DNA of 64,000 bases, from assembly GCF_030028105.1 (NCBI RefSeq), contig NC_092379.1:44564150-44628149 (forward strand), read 5' to 3'. The stretch comes from Mobula birostris. Its lineage: Eukaryota. Of this stretch, positions 11,564 through 23,670 are shown piece by piece. The position numbers and the translations under genes are program-made. Below the pieces are notes generated by a model. The model was not told the origin of the DNA. It made no database searches and worked only from the letters and a program-made list of their open reading frames with translations. Position 1 is the first letter of the stretch. Each line of letters opens with the position of its first letter.

Positions 11564-12619
11564 CTGGTAATACAAGAGAAAGAAAACGGTGAAATGTTCA
11601 AAGGTTCATTTTATTGTCAAAGTATGCACGTACAACTCTGATACTTGTCTTCTCCAGATAGCCCTGAAATACAGAAAGACCATGAGAGTTGATGAAAGAA
11701 AAGACACCAACTCTCCCCACCATCAGTACGACAAAGAAAAGAAACAATAACAATCTCCGACCCCCTCGCCTGCAAAACAGACCAGTCACAGTAACATCGA
11801 AACCCCCAACCCCACGTTACACACAAAATATTTACAGCTCACCCACCCACCAACCAGCCACAATTAACAAAACACCAAAACCTGAAGGAAACCAATATGA
11901 AGTACAGTCCAAAATGCACATATGTCTCAGGATATTGGAAACAGCTTTCCATCGGCATACGAAGACAGTGGCTGCAAATTCAACAAATCAGCAAAAGCAT
12001 TTTCAACTTAATCAATCCAATTTTAGTTGGTAAATTAATCAAGGCTGACAACTGAAAATATTCAGAGGATGGCAAATCAATTTGGCTAAATGCTGTAAAA
12101 AATAAATTGTAAAGCCTGCAACAATTCAGATTTCTCCAAACTTTCAGAAAGCATTGCCTCCTGCTGCTTTAACATAGCAGATACAAAGCAGGAGAATAGC
12201 AGCAATTGGGGAGAGACAACCGAACGCACTATTGCATACTTTTCAAAGACTTTTGAAAGTCAGAAGCAATATAGCAATGCAAAGGGCCTTAAGAATGAGT
12301 TGAGGGTGATATAAAGGATTTTCCAGCAATGGAACAGAAACAAAAAGAATAAAGGTAGATCAAGTCCTTTGAATAATCATGTAATTTCCTCAAACACCAG
12401 GAAATCTGCAGATGCTAGGATTTCAAGCAACACACATAAACATTCACCAGCAACTTTTATGTGTGTTATTGAATTTCCTCAAAAATTTTCCCAAATTAAA
12501 CAATGAATATTGTGGATAGAAAATTGATTTTGTAGTAGTATTATACATACAACTTTCTTATTGCCCTAATCAAAGACTGGCAGGACAGTCAAGGTAAGAA
12601 GGTGCGACGATAATCTTAC

Positions 12620-12777
12620 CCTTAGTTCGTTAATGAGCCTGGCCTCCTGTGCCTTCAATCTCTCCTTCCGAAGCTTCTGCCCTTTCTTCAATTTGTTTAC
12701 AACAGGTTCATGTTTCCTCAGATCATCTTTCAGTGCATGAATCCTGCCCTCGATGTCACTCTGCTCAGATGCTTTCT
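12620..12777 (-). CDS. CEP350: CEP350-like coiled-coil exon A
   Basis: cccgaacag| (E)KASEQSDIEGRIHALKDDLRKHEPVVNKLKKGQKLRKERLKAQEARLINELR |gtaaga; 158 nt, phase 1 to 0. Strong match to recalled CEP350 SDQSDIEGRIRALKDELRKRKSVVNQLKKEQKKRQKERLKAQEASLIKQLE. Confidence 0.85.
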
Positions 12778-12889
12778 CTGTTCGGGATGCAATCAAATCA
12801 AAGTTATAATAGGTAGTAGCTTCCAATTCAACCAATTATTTATCATTCAAAATACATACCTCAGCAGGGTGAAATCAACTAACAATTTT

Positions 12890-13592
12890 TGCTTGCGCCT
12901 CGGCGAACGAAAACATACTTGGTCTGTTGTAAGTCCATGGGCAGGAAAGCGGGTGTTGATCCGTGGTGGGACGTCGGGACTGGAGCAAGTGTTCCAAGCC
13001 GCTCCCGGAGTTTTCTTAATGGAATTTGTACATTTTTGCCTTCTTTCGTGGAGCCTCCGCCACGCTATCAGGATATCACGAGTGATTGCCGATTGCGTCG
13101 TCTCTGATCTGGGCCGACATTTACGTGCCAGGAAGCACCTAATTAATTAGCTTGTTTATTTTGGCTTTTTTTTCTTACAGATGTGCTGTGTGCCTCCCGA
13201 CTACCGCTACACCCCTGCATGCTTCGCGGCCCGGAGGTTGGGGACACTGCCGAATATTGATGATTGCGATAGTCTGTACACTTATCTAATCTGATTGGTC
13301 ACTTTGATGCAGCACAGGCTACGCTGAAAACGCCGTGCATGGCGGGGGGACTACACACATGTGCACTCGGCAGAATGAACGGAACTGAACCCCCGCAACC
13401 CAGAAACAATCTCTCTTTACAAATGGCTTTTTAGTGAAAATATTGCTATATTACCATTATCCTAATTAGTATTACTTTTATAATGCTCACATAACAGTAC
13501 TTGTGTATTTATTTTTGATTTTTCTTCGAGATCTACTGGGAAAGTCTCAAAGATCGACTGATCGATCGTGATCGACAGGTTGGCGAGTCCTC
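12890..13592. mobile_element. hAT-like non-autonomous DNA transposon fragments
   Basis: CpG-rich block ending GGTTGGGGACACTG (13249) and a second end GATCGACAGGTTGGCGAGTCCT with GATCGA subterminal repeats; both resemble hAT termini. Confidence 0.5.
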
Positions 13593-14607
13593 AGTCTAGC
13601 CTTTTCTGCACAACCCATTGAAGCACTGACGAATCAAAAATCTATCAACCTTTATTTTATACTGAATGGCTTGGCCTCCACTGCTGTCTGTGGTAATGAA
13701 TTCCCTTTATTTTATACTGAATGGCTTGGCCTCCACTGCTGTCTGTGGTAATGAATTCCAGTTTCACTGCCCACATCCTGAAGTAATTCTTCTTCATTTC
13801 TGTTCTAGATGGATATCCCTCTTCTCTGAGACTATGCACTCTGGTCACAGATGCCTCCACTATAGGAATAAATTGAATTGAATTGACTTTATTTCTTACA
13901 TCCTTTACATACATGAGGAGTAAAAATCTTGACGTTACCTCTCCATCTAAACGTGCAATGTGCAATCATAGTAATTGATAATAATCTATAATAAAGAGAA
14001 CAGTGAATGCAATATAGAATACACTTAGATCAGAGTAAATTAATTAGTCTGATGGCCCGGTGGAAGAAGCAGTCCCGGAACCTGTTGGTCCGGGATTTTA
14101 TGCTGTGGTACCACTTCCTGGATGGTAGCAGCTGGAATACATTATGGTTGGGGTGACTTGGTTCCCCAATAATCCTATGGGCCCTTTGTACACTTCTGTC
14201 TTTGTAAAGGTCCTGAATCATGGGAAGTTCACAACTATAGATGCACTGAGCTGTCTGTAAAGTCCTGCAATTAAGGGAGGTACAGTTCCCATGCCAGTCA
14301 GGATGCTCTTAATTGTGAGAATGTAGAAAGTTTTTTTTGGATTTTGGGGCTGAAGCCAAACTTTGCAAACTGTCTGAGGTGAAACAGGCACTTTTGTGCC
14401 TTTTTCACCACACAGCTGCTGTGTACACACCACATGAGGTCTTCGAAGATGTGGATGCTAGCTACCCTCTCAACCCCAGATCCACTGATGTCAATAGGTC
14501 CTAGCCTGTCTCCATTCCTCCTGTAATCCACAACCAGCTCCTTTGTTTTTGCGACCTTGAGGGAAGGGTTCTTTTCTTGACACCACTGTGTCATTTTGGC
14601 CACCTTG

Positions 14608-17011
14608 TGTCATATGGCGGTGGCTGGGAACGGGCCCAAGTGCAAGACACAGACACTGAACTACTAGGGACAGGACTAGGATACAGGGCGATGGCAAGGA
14701 CACGGACAGGAAAACCAGGAACCTGGAACAGGACTGAATAAGAGAGCTAGGAGCCCGGGCTTGGTCTCCGAGCCATAAACTGGACAAGGACCCAGTACCT
14801 GGGTCTTGCCTCTGGCTCGGACCCCAGAACTAGGCAAGTATGAGGCTTGGCAGGCAGGCAGGACGACGCTGGACTTTTCAGGCTTGAGGCTAGAGACTAG
14901 AGGCAAGGCTTGGCAGGAGGCGGGAGGCTGGAGTCTTCAGGCTTGAGGCTAGAGGCCAGAGACTTGGCTTGGCTTGGCTAGAGGCTAGAAGCCAGAGACT
15001 TGGCTTGGCTTGGCAAGAGGCTAGAGGCTGGCGTCTCCAGGCTTGGGGCTAGACAGGAGGCTGGCGTCTCCAGGCTTGGGGCTAGACAGGAGGCTGGCGT
15101 CTCCAGGCTTGGGGCTAGACAGGAGGCTGGCGTCTCCAGGCTTGGGGCTAGACAGGAGGCTGGCGTCTCCAGGCTTGGGGCTAGACAGGAGGCTGGCGTC
15201 TCCAGGCTTGGGGCTAGACAGGAGGCTGGCGTCTCCAGGCTTGGGGCTAGACAGGAGGCTGGCGTCTCCAGGCTTGGGGCTAGACAGGAGGCTGGCGTCT
15301 CCAGGCTTGGGGCTAGACAGGAGGCTGGCGTCGCCAGGCTTGGGGCTAGACAGGAGGCTGGCGTCGCCAGGCTTGGGGCTAGACAGGAGGCTGGCGTCGC
15401 CAGGCTTGGGGCTAGACAGGAGGCTGGCGTCGCCAGGCTTGGGGCTAGACAGGAGGCTGGCGTCTCCAGGCTTGGGGCTAGACAGGAGGCTGGCGTCTCC
15501 AGGCTTGGGGCTAGACAGGAGGCTGAAGTCTCCAGGCTTGGGGCTAGACAGGAGGCTGGAGTCTCCAGGCTTGGGGCTAGACAGGAGGCTGGATTCTCCA
15601 GGCTTGGGGCTAGACAGGAGGCTGGAGTCTCCAGGCTTGGGGCTAGACAGGGGGCTGGAGTCTCCAGGCTTGGGGCTAGACAGGGGGCTGGAGTCTCCAG
15701 GCTTGGGGCTAGACAGGGGGCTGGAGTCTCCAGGCTTGGGGCTAGACAGGGGGCTGGAGTCTCCAGGCTTGGGGCTAGACAGGGGGCTGGAGTCTCCAGG
15801 CTTGGGGCTAGACAGGGGGCTGGAGTCTCCAGGCTTGGGGCTAGACAGGGGGCTGGAGTCTCCAGGCTTGGGGCTAGACAGGGGGCTGGAGTCTCCAGGC
15901 TTGGGGCTAGACAGGGGGCTGGAGTCTCCAGGCTTGGGGCTAGACAGGGGGCTGGAGTCTCCAGGCTTGGGGCTAGACAGGGGGCTGGAGTCTCCAGGCT
16001 TGGGGCTAGACAGGGGGCTGGAGTCTCCAGGCTTGGGGCTAGACAGGGGGCTGGAGTCTCCAGGCTTGGGGCTAGACAGGAGGCTGGAGTCTCCAGGCTT
16101 GGGGCTAGACAGGAGGCTGGAGTCTCCAGGCTTGGGGCTAGACAGGAGGCTGGAGTCTCCAGGCTTGGGGCTAGACAGGAGGCTGGCGTCGCCAGGCTTG
16201 GGGCTAGACAGGAGGCTGGAGTCTCCAGGCTTGGGGCTAGACAGGGGGCTGGAGTCTCCAGGCTTGGGGCTAGGCAGGGGGCTGGCGTCGCCAGGCTTGG
16301 GGCTAGGCAGGAGGCTGGAGTCTTCAGGCTTGAGGCTAGGCCAGAGACAAGGCGAGGCTGGAGGCTGGAGACTTGAGGCGAGATGAGGCTGGGGGCTGGG
16401 GGCAGGAGATTTGAGGCGAGGCTGGAGGCAGGAGACTTGAGGTGAGGCGAGGCTGGAGGCTGGAGGCAGAAGAGTTGAGGCGATGCTTGGCAGGCTCCTC
16501 CTGGGCTGGGCGTGGATCTCCTGGGCAGGGCGCGGATCACCACCCGACAGAGACAAGGGACAGGAATGGACAGAAACAACACCCGGTAATGGCAAGACGG
16601 CCTGGCTTACCTGGGCAGAGGCAAGGGACAGGAAGGGAGCTAGGTACAGGGTGGCTCCAGGACAAGCCTGCTGGCAAGACGAGGTGAGTTTACCAGCAAG
16701 ACAAGGCAAGGCTTCTGGCAAAGCAAGGCGAGACGAGAACTTCAGGCGAGGCGAGGGTTACCGGCAAGACAAGGCAGGGCTTCAGGCCAGGAAACAGAAG
16801 GCAGGAGATGGGATACAAGGAGTACGGACAAGAACAATTCAGCAGTCACGCCTGGGTCTCTGAAGGTATTTATGCAGCCAGCCCCAACGAGCATCAGCTG
16901 CCTCAATTAGCTCAACAAGAACAGAAACAGGGTAGATAGGAAAACCTGGAGCAAGTGTCGATGGACCGGGCCGTGAACCGGAATATGGACTTCACGGACC
17001 GGACCATGACA
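14608..17011 (-). mobile_element. Solo LTR expanded by an internal minisatellite
   Basis: Termini TGTCAT...ATGACA; 5-bp TSD CCTTG / CCTCG; host LINE continues on both sides; TATA-like CATAAATA on the minus strand near 16870. Confidence 0.8.
15026..16325. repeat. 33-bp GC-rich minisatellite, about 39 copies
   Basis: Unit GGCTGG(C/A)GTC(T/G)CCAGGCTTGGGGCTAGACAGG(A/G); explains the 11-aa periodic ORFs in four frames. Confidence 0.97.
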
Positions 17012-17619
17012 CCTCGTTATTGTTTGAGATAAGGCCACTCAATGCAGAGTCGTCGGCAAATGCAATTAGCAGATAAGAGCTGTGGGTGACGATGCAGTCG
17101 TGGTTATATAGGCAGTAAAGGACAGAACACAGCCCTGAGGGGCTCCTGTAATGAGAGTCAGAGGGGTAGAGGTGAGGGAGTCCACTCTTACCACCTGCTG
17201 GTGGTCTGACGGGAAGTTCAGGATACAGCTGCACAAGACAGTGTCAAGATCGAGGTCTCTGAGCTTCTTGTCAAGGCTGGATGGAATTATGCTGAACTGT
17301 ACTCCAAGAACAGCATTCTCATACAAGCAATCTTCTTCTCCAGATGTGTAAGGACTGTGTGTTGAACAGTGGTTATTGTGTCATTTGTCGATCAGTTGTG
17401 TCGGTAGGTGAATTGTAGGGGGTCCAGTTTGGGTGGTAGCAAGCTGCAGATGTAATCCTTGACCAGCCTCTCAAAGCATTTGCTTATTATTGGAGTGAGT
17501 GTGACGGGACGCCAGTCGAGGCATGTTACCTTGGTCTTTTTTGGTACAGGGACAATGTGGATAATTTGAAGCAGGAGGGCACTCTGTACTGGTAGGACGA
17601 GAGATTAAACATCTTCTCG

Positions 17620-18190
17620 ACATCCACTCTATGTTGGTATTTCAATATTCAATAGGCCTCAATGAAATTCCCCCTATTTCTAATCAACTCCAGTGAGTAC
17701 AGGCCTAGAGCCACCAATCACACCTCAAGCATCAACTTTTATTTTCACCAGTCAATCCCATGAGTTTCTTTAGACCCTTTCTAATGCCAGGATATCTTTT
17801 TTGAGTTAATGGGCCCACAACTGCTCACAATACTCTAAGTGTGGTCTGACCAATGCCTTGTTGAACCTCAGCATTAAATCTTTCTTTTGTATACTTGTCC
17901 TCTTGAAATGGTTGATAATGTTTGATTTGTCTTCCTTACCACAAACTCAATCTGCAAGGTAACCTTTGGGAGCCCTACAGGAGGACTCCCAAGTCTCATT
18001 GCACATCCGCTTTTTTTTTAAATTTTTAACCTGCTTAGAAAATAGCCTACTCCATTATTGCTTATATGCATGATCATACAGTTCCCGGCATAATATTCAA
18101 TCTGGCACTTCTTTGTCCATTCTCTGAATCTGTCTGTCGTTCTGCAGATTCACTGATTCCGCAACACTACCTGTCCCTCCACCTATCTTC
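17620..18190 (-). mobile_element. Old CR1 fragment
   Basis: Degenerate reverse-strand ORF2 C-terminal motifs (ggtcagaccacacttagagtattgtgagcag). Confidence 0.7.
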
Positions 18191-18544
18191 GAATTTTCAA
18201 TCACCACCTCCATTTCCATCACATTGTCAGTCAGGAAGTGCAGTTACTGCAAATTCCCTCATATGAAGTTATCAGTGACACCAACCGACTCCCTGATCTC
18301 CCAGATTCTCAGGCAGAATATGTCTCTGCCATAACTGGCATTGCAGCTATGCAACAGGGAGAGGAATTCTGAAGAAAAGCTCTGAAATTTGACTTCCCAG
18401 AGTACACCTCACCTCAGATGCCATTTCTCTGATTCACAGTCTGACTTGTTTCTTGCTTCCTATATGTTTCTCCAATGCCCTGTCCAATTTCAGCTTCCTA
18501 AATCTTACATATGACTCCTCTTACTTTTTTAAACAAATACAATG

Positions 18545-19090
18545 CTAATTTTTATAGATGCATCATAGAAAGCATATGAAAGTTGTCCTGTCCAAGACCG
18601 AAAGAAGCTGCAGAAGATCGTGAACACAGCGCAGCACATCACACAAACCAATCTTCCGTCCGTGGACTCACTTTATACCGCACGCTGTCGGAACAGTACT
18701 GCCAGGATAATCAAGGACACGATCCACCCAGCCAACACACTCTTCGTCCCTCTTCCCTCCGGGAGAAGGTTCAGCATCCTGAAGACTCGTACGGCCAGAT
18801 TTGGGAACAGCTTCTTTCCAACTCTGATAAGACTGCTGAACGGGTCCTGACCCGGATCTGGGCCGTACCCTCCAAATATCCGGACCTGCCTCTCGGTTCT
18901 TGTACACTACCTTACTTCCCATTTTTGTATTTTCTATTTATGATTTATACTTTTTTTAACATATACTAATTTTAACTATTTTTAATATTTAATATTTGTC
19001 ATCCAGGGAGTGTGAAGCGCAGAATCAAATATCGCTCTGATGATTGTACGTTCTTGTACCAATTATTTGGAAACAATGAAGTATAAAGTA
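18545..19090 (+). mobile_element. Rex1/Babar-type LINE 3' end
   Basis: RIIKDTIHPANTLFVPLPSGRRF..LKTRTARFGNSFFPTLIRLLN plus 3' UTR ending in an (AAAGTAT)n tail; the same UTR occurs inverted at 24110-24345. Confidence 0.85.
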
Positions 19091-20039
19091 CAATATCTTT
19101 CATCTTCCTAAGTTCCTGAAAGTCCCCGTCCTTCTCTACCTTCCTAACATGGACCAGGAATTCTGGAATTCTGATCGACTGGACTGTGAGTGACTCTGAC
19201 ATGTCAGATGGACTTAATGGGAACATTGACTCCCAGACTACTCTCTAAGATTCCTTTCCAATTCTCATGTAGCTTGCCATCCACAAATTTACATTCATCT
19301 ACCTGTAGGTCTATCCTTATCAATAACCATCTGAAACCTTTCAGATTTATAATCCTTAAATCTTTCCCAATTAAACTGCAATCAGCTCTATTGGCTTATT
19401 ACTGAAAACTAAGTGAAGTGTGTCCCCCTCCCTGGTGACCATCTACATGCTGTTTCAGGAAACCTTTCTAAAGACACCTAACAAATAATGCCCCATCCAA
19501 GCCTCAGGCAGTAAGGGAGCCCCAGTAATTCTGGGGAGATTAATCACCCCAGTAGAGCAACTCTATTGATATTTTATCAGACCCTAACCTGCTGACATAT
19601 CTGTTAATCTCTCTTACTGTCTATTGGTAGGCCTACAGTATCATCCCATTACAGTGATTGCACCTTCCGTATTTCTGACTTCTACCTACATTGTCTTACT
19701 GGATGAGCATCTTGGAGGACCTCGACTTTGTGACATTCTGCCTGATCAGCAGTGCAGCTCTCCAACATCATTCACCTCTCTCTGGACTGTTTGAATCATC
19801 TGAATCCTAGAATGCTTAACCATCAGTCCTGCCCTTCTCTCAGCTAGATCTTTGCAATGGCTAACTCACTGTTTCACATAGTAATCCTGTCTCCAAGTAT
19901 GGCTGCCCTAACTTTTCCACACCTTTCCAGAATTACAAGACAGGGCAATAAAATCCTGATTGGCTAACATGCATCCACAGTCCTGTTATCTACAGCCATA
20001 AACCAAACATTGCTGCTACAGAGAAACCATTACTCCAGC

Positions 20040-22075
20040 AGTGAACATTACAAAAAACCATGACATTAGCAGCAAACCCTCACAGCTCATTACAATAGGA
20101 AGCATCCTCTCCATACCCACCCTATCTATTCTTTTCAACATTCGGTAAGTTTCAATTAGATGAACCGTATTCTTCTCAATTCCGGTGAGTACATCCGAAG
20201 GTTGCCAAACGTTCCTCATATGTGAACCCCTTCATTCCAATAATCATCCTCGTGAACCTCCGCTGGACTGTCTCCAATGACAACACATACTTTCTAAGAT
20301 ATGAGGCCCAAAACTGTTGTCAGTACTCCATGTGAGGCCTGGCTAGTGACATATAAAGGCACAGAATTATCTCTTTGCTTTTGTATTCTGTTCCCCTTGA
20401 AATGAATGCCAACATTGCATTTACCCTCTTTACCACAGACTCTGCCTATGAAATAACTTTTTTGATGTCTTTCATGAGGACATCTATGTCCCTCTGCACC
20501 TCTGATGTTTGAACCTTCTCGCCATTTAGATAATAGTCTGCACTATTGCTCCTTTTACCAAAATTCATTATCATACCTTTCCCAACACTGTATTCCATCT
20601 GCCACTTTTTTGCCTATTCTTCCAAGTTCTCTAAGTCCTGCTGCAAACACATTGCTTCCTCAGCATTACTTACCCCTCCACCTACCTTCATATCATTTGC
20701 AAACTTTGCCACAAACCCTTCAATTCGATTATCTAAATCATTGATAAACAATGTGAAAAGTAGCAGTCCCAATACAGACCCCTGAGGAACACTACCAGTC
20801 AGTGGCAGCCAACCACAAAAGGCCTCTTTAATTCTCACTTTCTGCCTCTTGCCTGTCAGCCATTCCACTATCCATGCGAGTATCTTTCCTGTAACGCTCT
20901 AGGATTTTATCTTGTTATGCAGCCTAGTGTGTGGCACCTTATCAACATCTTCTGAAAATCCAAGTAAGTGACATCCACATTTTTCACATTGCTTGTTACT
21001 TCCTTAAAGAATTCTAACCGATTTATCAAGGAAGATTTCCCTTCATAGAAATCATGCTGACTGTGACATATTTTAGCATTAGTTTCCAAGTACCTCGAAA
21101 CCTCATTCTTAATAAAACTCCAACAATTTTCCAACCACTAGGGTTAGGCTAACTGGCCTCTTTTTTTTTTCCTTTCTCCCTTCTGAAAGAGTGGAGTGAC
21201 ATTTTCAATCTCCCAGTGCTCTGGGACCATGCCAGAATCAAGTGATGCTTGAAAGATCATGGCCGTTATCTCATCAGCAACCTCTCTCAGGAATCTGAGA
21301 TGCAGTCTCTCTGGTCCTGGTCACTTACCCACCTTAAATCCTCTGAGTTTTCCCAACAGTTTTTGTTTTCTTTTATTAACAATGGCATTTACTCCTGCTC
21401 CCTGACATGCACAGATCTCTGGAACATAGCTAATATCTTCTACAGTGAAGACAGATGTGAAGTCCTCATTAAGTTCATCTTCTATTTTTTGTCCCCCATT
21501 TTTATCTCACCAGCATCATTTTCCATTGGTTTAATATCAATCATCACCTCCCTTTTACTCTATATATAACCCAAAAAACATGTGTATCCTACTTTATAGG
21601 TACTCCTGTCAATGTGAGATCATCCTTTTCTGTGCAACATAGCTATCCTGCACCTTGTGCAAAATTCCCAGAAACCTCAGCCACCTCTGCTCTGCTGTAA
21701 TCCCTGCCAGTATCAACTTCCAATTCACCTGGACAAGGTCCTCTCTCATGTCTCCGTAAATCCCTTTATTCAATTGGGATACCGATATATGTGAGTAATG
21801 CTTCACCCTCTCAAATTGCAGTATGAATTCAATCATATTATGATAACTGCCTCCTAAGGGGTTCCTTCACATTAAGCTCCCTTATGATATTGGGGCTATT
21901 ACTTGACATGCAGTCCAAAGATAGGTTTTCACCGAGCAGGCTCAAGCACAAGCTGCTCTAAAAGCCATCTCATAGGCATTCAACAAATCCCCTCTCCTGT
22001 GATTCAACACCAACCTGATTTTCCCAATCCCCTTGCATATTGAAGTCTCCAATACAATTGTGTCATTACCCTTAT
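20040..22075 (-). mobile_element. CR1 LINE ORF2 fragments
   Basis: YLDFQK, SVPQGSVLG and KFAND RT motifs, broken by stops and frameshifts. Confidence 0.85.
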
Positions 22076-22079
22076 TATC

Positions 22080-23670
22080 AGAATAAAATAGTTTGTTAAC
22101 GTAGCAGCAGCCGTTCAATTCAATACATAAGATAGAAGAAGAAAAAAAAACAAAATAAAATAATAAATAAACAAACAAACAAATAAATAAATAACAGTAT
22201 AGGAAAACTGATTAGATTAACATCATGCAAAAACACAGAAATAATATACATTTAAAAAGTGAGGTAGTGTCTAAGGGTTCAAAGTCCATTTAGGAATTGG
22301 GTGGCAGAGGGGAAGCTGTTCCTGAAACGCTGAATGTGTGCTTTCAGGCTTCTGTACCTCCTACCTGGTGGAATTATTTAGAAGAGGGCATGTCCTGGGC
22401 ACTGGAGGTCCTTATTATTTGATGCTGCCTTTCTGAAACAGTGCTCCTTCAAAGATCTTCTGGGTACATTGTAGGCAAGTACCCAAGACGGAGCTGACTC
22501 AACTTACACCCTCTGCAACTTCTTTCCGTCCTGTGCAGTAGCACCTTCCCCACCCCACCACCCCCCACCCCTTACCAGACAGTGGTGTAGCCTGTCAGAA
22601 TACTCTCCACGGTACATCTATAGACATTTTTGAGTGTATTTGTTGACATACCAAATCTTTTTAAATTCAAAATTATGTATAGCTGCTGTCTGGCCTTCTT
22701 TGTAAATGCATCAATATGTTGTGACCAGGTTAGATTCTTAGAGATCTTGACTTCCATGAACTTGAAACTGCTCAGTCTCTCCATTTCTGATCCCTCTATG
22801 AGGATTGGTATGTGTTCGTTCGTCATACCCTCCTGGAAGTCTACAATCAGCTCTTTCGTCTTATTGACATTCAGTGCCAGGTTGTTGCTGTGGCACCACT
22901 CCACTAGCTGGCATATCTCACGCCTGTAGGACCTCTCATCACCACCTGAGATTCTACCAACAACGATTATATCATTAGCAAATTTATAGATGTTATTTGA
23001 GCTATTGCTAGCCACACAGTCAAGAGTGTAGAGAGAGTAGAGCAGTGGGCTAAGCACACAGCCCTGAGGTGCACCAGCGTTGATTGTCAGCAAAGCGAAG
23101 AGGTCATCACCAATCCGCACAGATTGTGGCTTTCTGGTGAGGAAGTTGAGGATTCAATTGCAGAGGGAGGGACAGAGGCCCAGGTTCTGCAACTTCTCAA
23201 TCAGGATTATGGGAATGATGGCATTAAATACTGAGCAATAGTCTTGTCATCAGTGTTTGTGTTGTCCAGGTGGTCTAAAGCCATGTAACGAGCCATTGAG
23301 ATTGCATCTGCCTTTGAACTATTGTGGCTATAGGCAAATTTCAATGGATCCAGGATCTTGCTGAGCCAGGAGCTCAGTCATGTCATGACCAACCTCTCAA
23401 AGCATCTCATCACTGTAGATGTTAGTGCTACCAGACCATAGTCATTAAAGCAGCTCACATTATTCTTCTTAGGCACTCATATAATTGTTGTCTTTTTGAA
23501 ACAAGTTGGAACATTTGCCCGAAGCAGTGAGAGGTTGAAAATGCCCATGAATACTCCCACCAGTTGGTTGGCACAGGTTTTCAGAGTCCTAGAAGGTACT
23601 CCATCGGGACCATCCACTTTGCGAGAGTTCACTCTCTTTAAAGACAGCTTAACATTGGCCTCTGATACAG
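22080..23670 (-). mobile_element. Rex1/Babar-type LINE fragment inserted in CR1
   Basis: GAPQGCVLSPLLYSLYT.DC, KFAND, WCHSNNLALNVNKTKELIVDF and YRCTVESILT. Confidence 0.9.

Larger units (their letters stand above)
13870..17612 (-). mobile_element. Rex1/Babar-type LINE fragment, split by the LTR at 14608-17011
   Basis: TGAPQGCVLS, FADDSALSGLISNNNE | WCQEKN.SLKVAKTKELVVDYRR, FQLLPSRKWY..IKSRTNRFRDCFF.RAIRLIN; (TCAAT)n-like tail at ~13870-13890. Confidence 0.85.

Noticed and set aside
12620-12640. LINELR as PPP2R1 exon 1 (VLIDELR)
   Set aside because: The surrounding sequence matches CEP350 (SLIKQLE), so the resemblance is coincidental.
12778-12890. MVELEATTYYNFDLIAS N-terminus, or a micro-exon ending at GAG|gtatgt (12860)
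   Set aside because: This lies upstream of the acceptor where CEP350 similarity begins. The phase needed to join exon A has a TGA, and the donor is weaker in the duplicate copy.
13651-13759. 54-bp direct duplication (similar small ones near 27710, 28095-28395 and 38236)
   Set aside because: Local slippage or repair duplications within repeat debris; no sign of function.
14978-16721. Four long ORFs (447-566 aa) as protein-coding genes
   Set aside because: They result from a 33-bp stop-free tandem unit inside an LTR; open on both strands, no clear ATG start and no domain.
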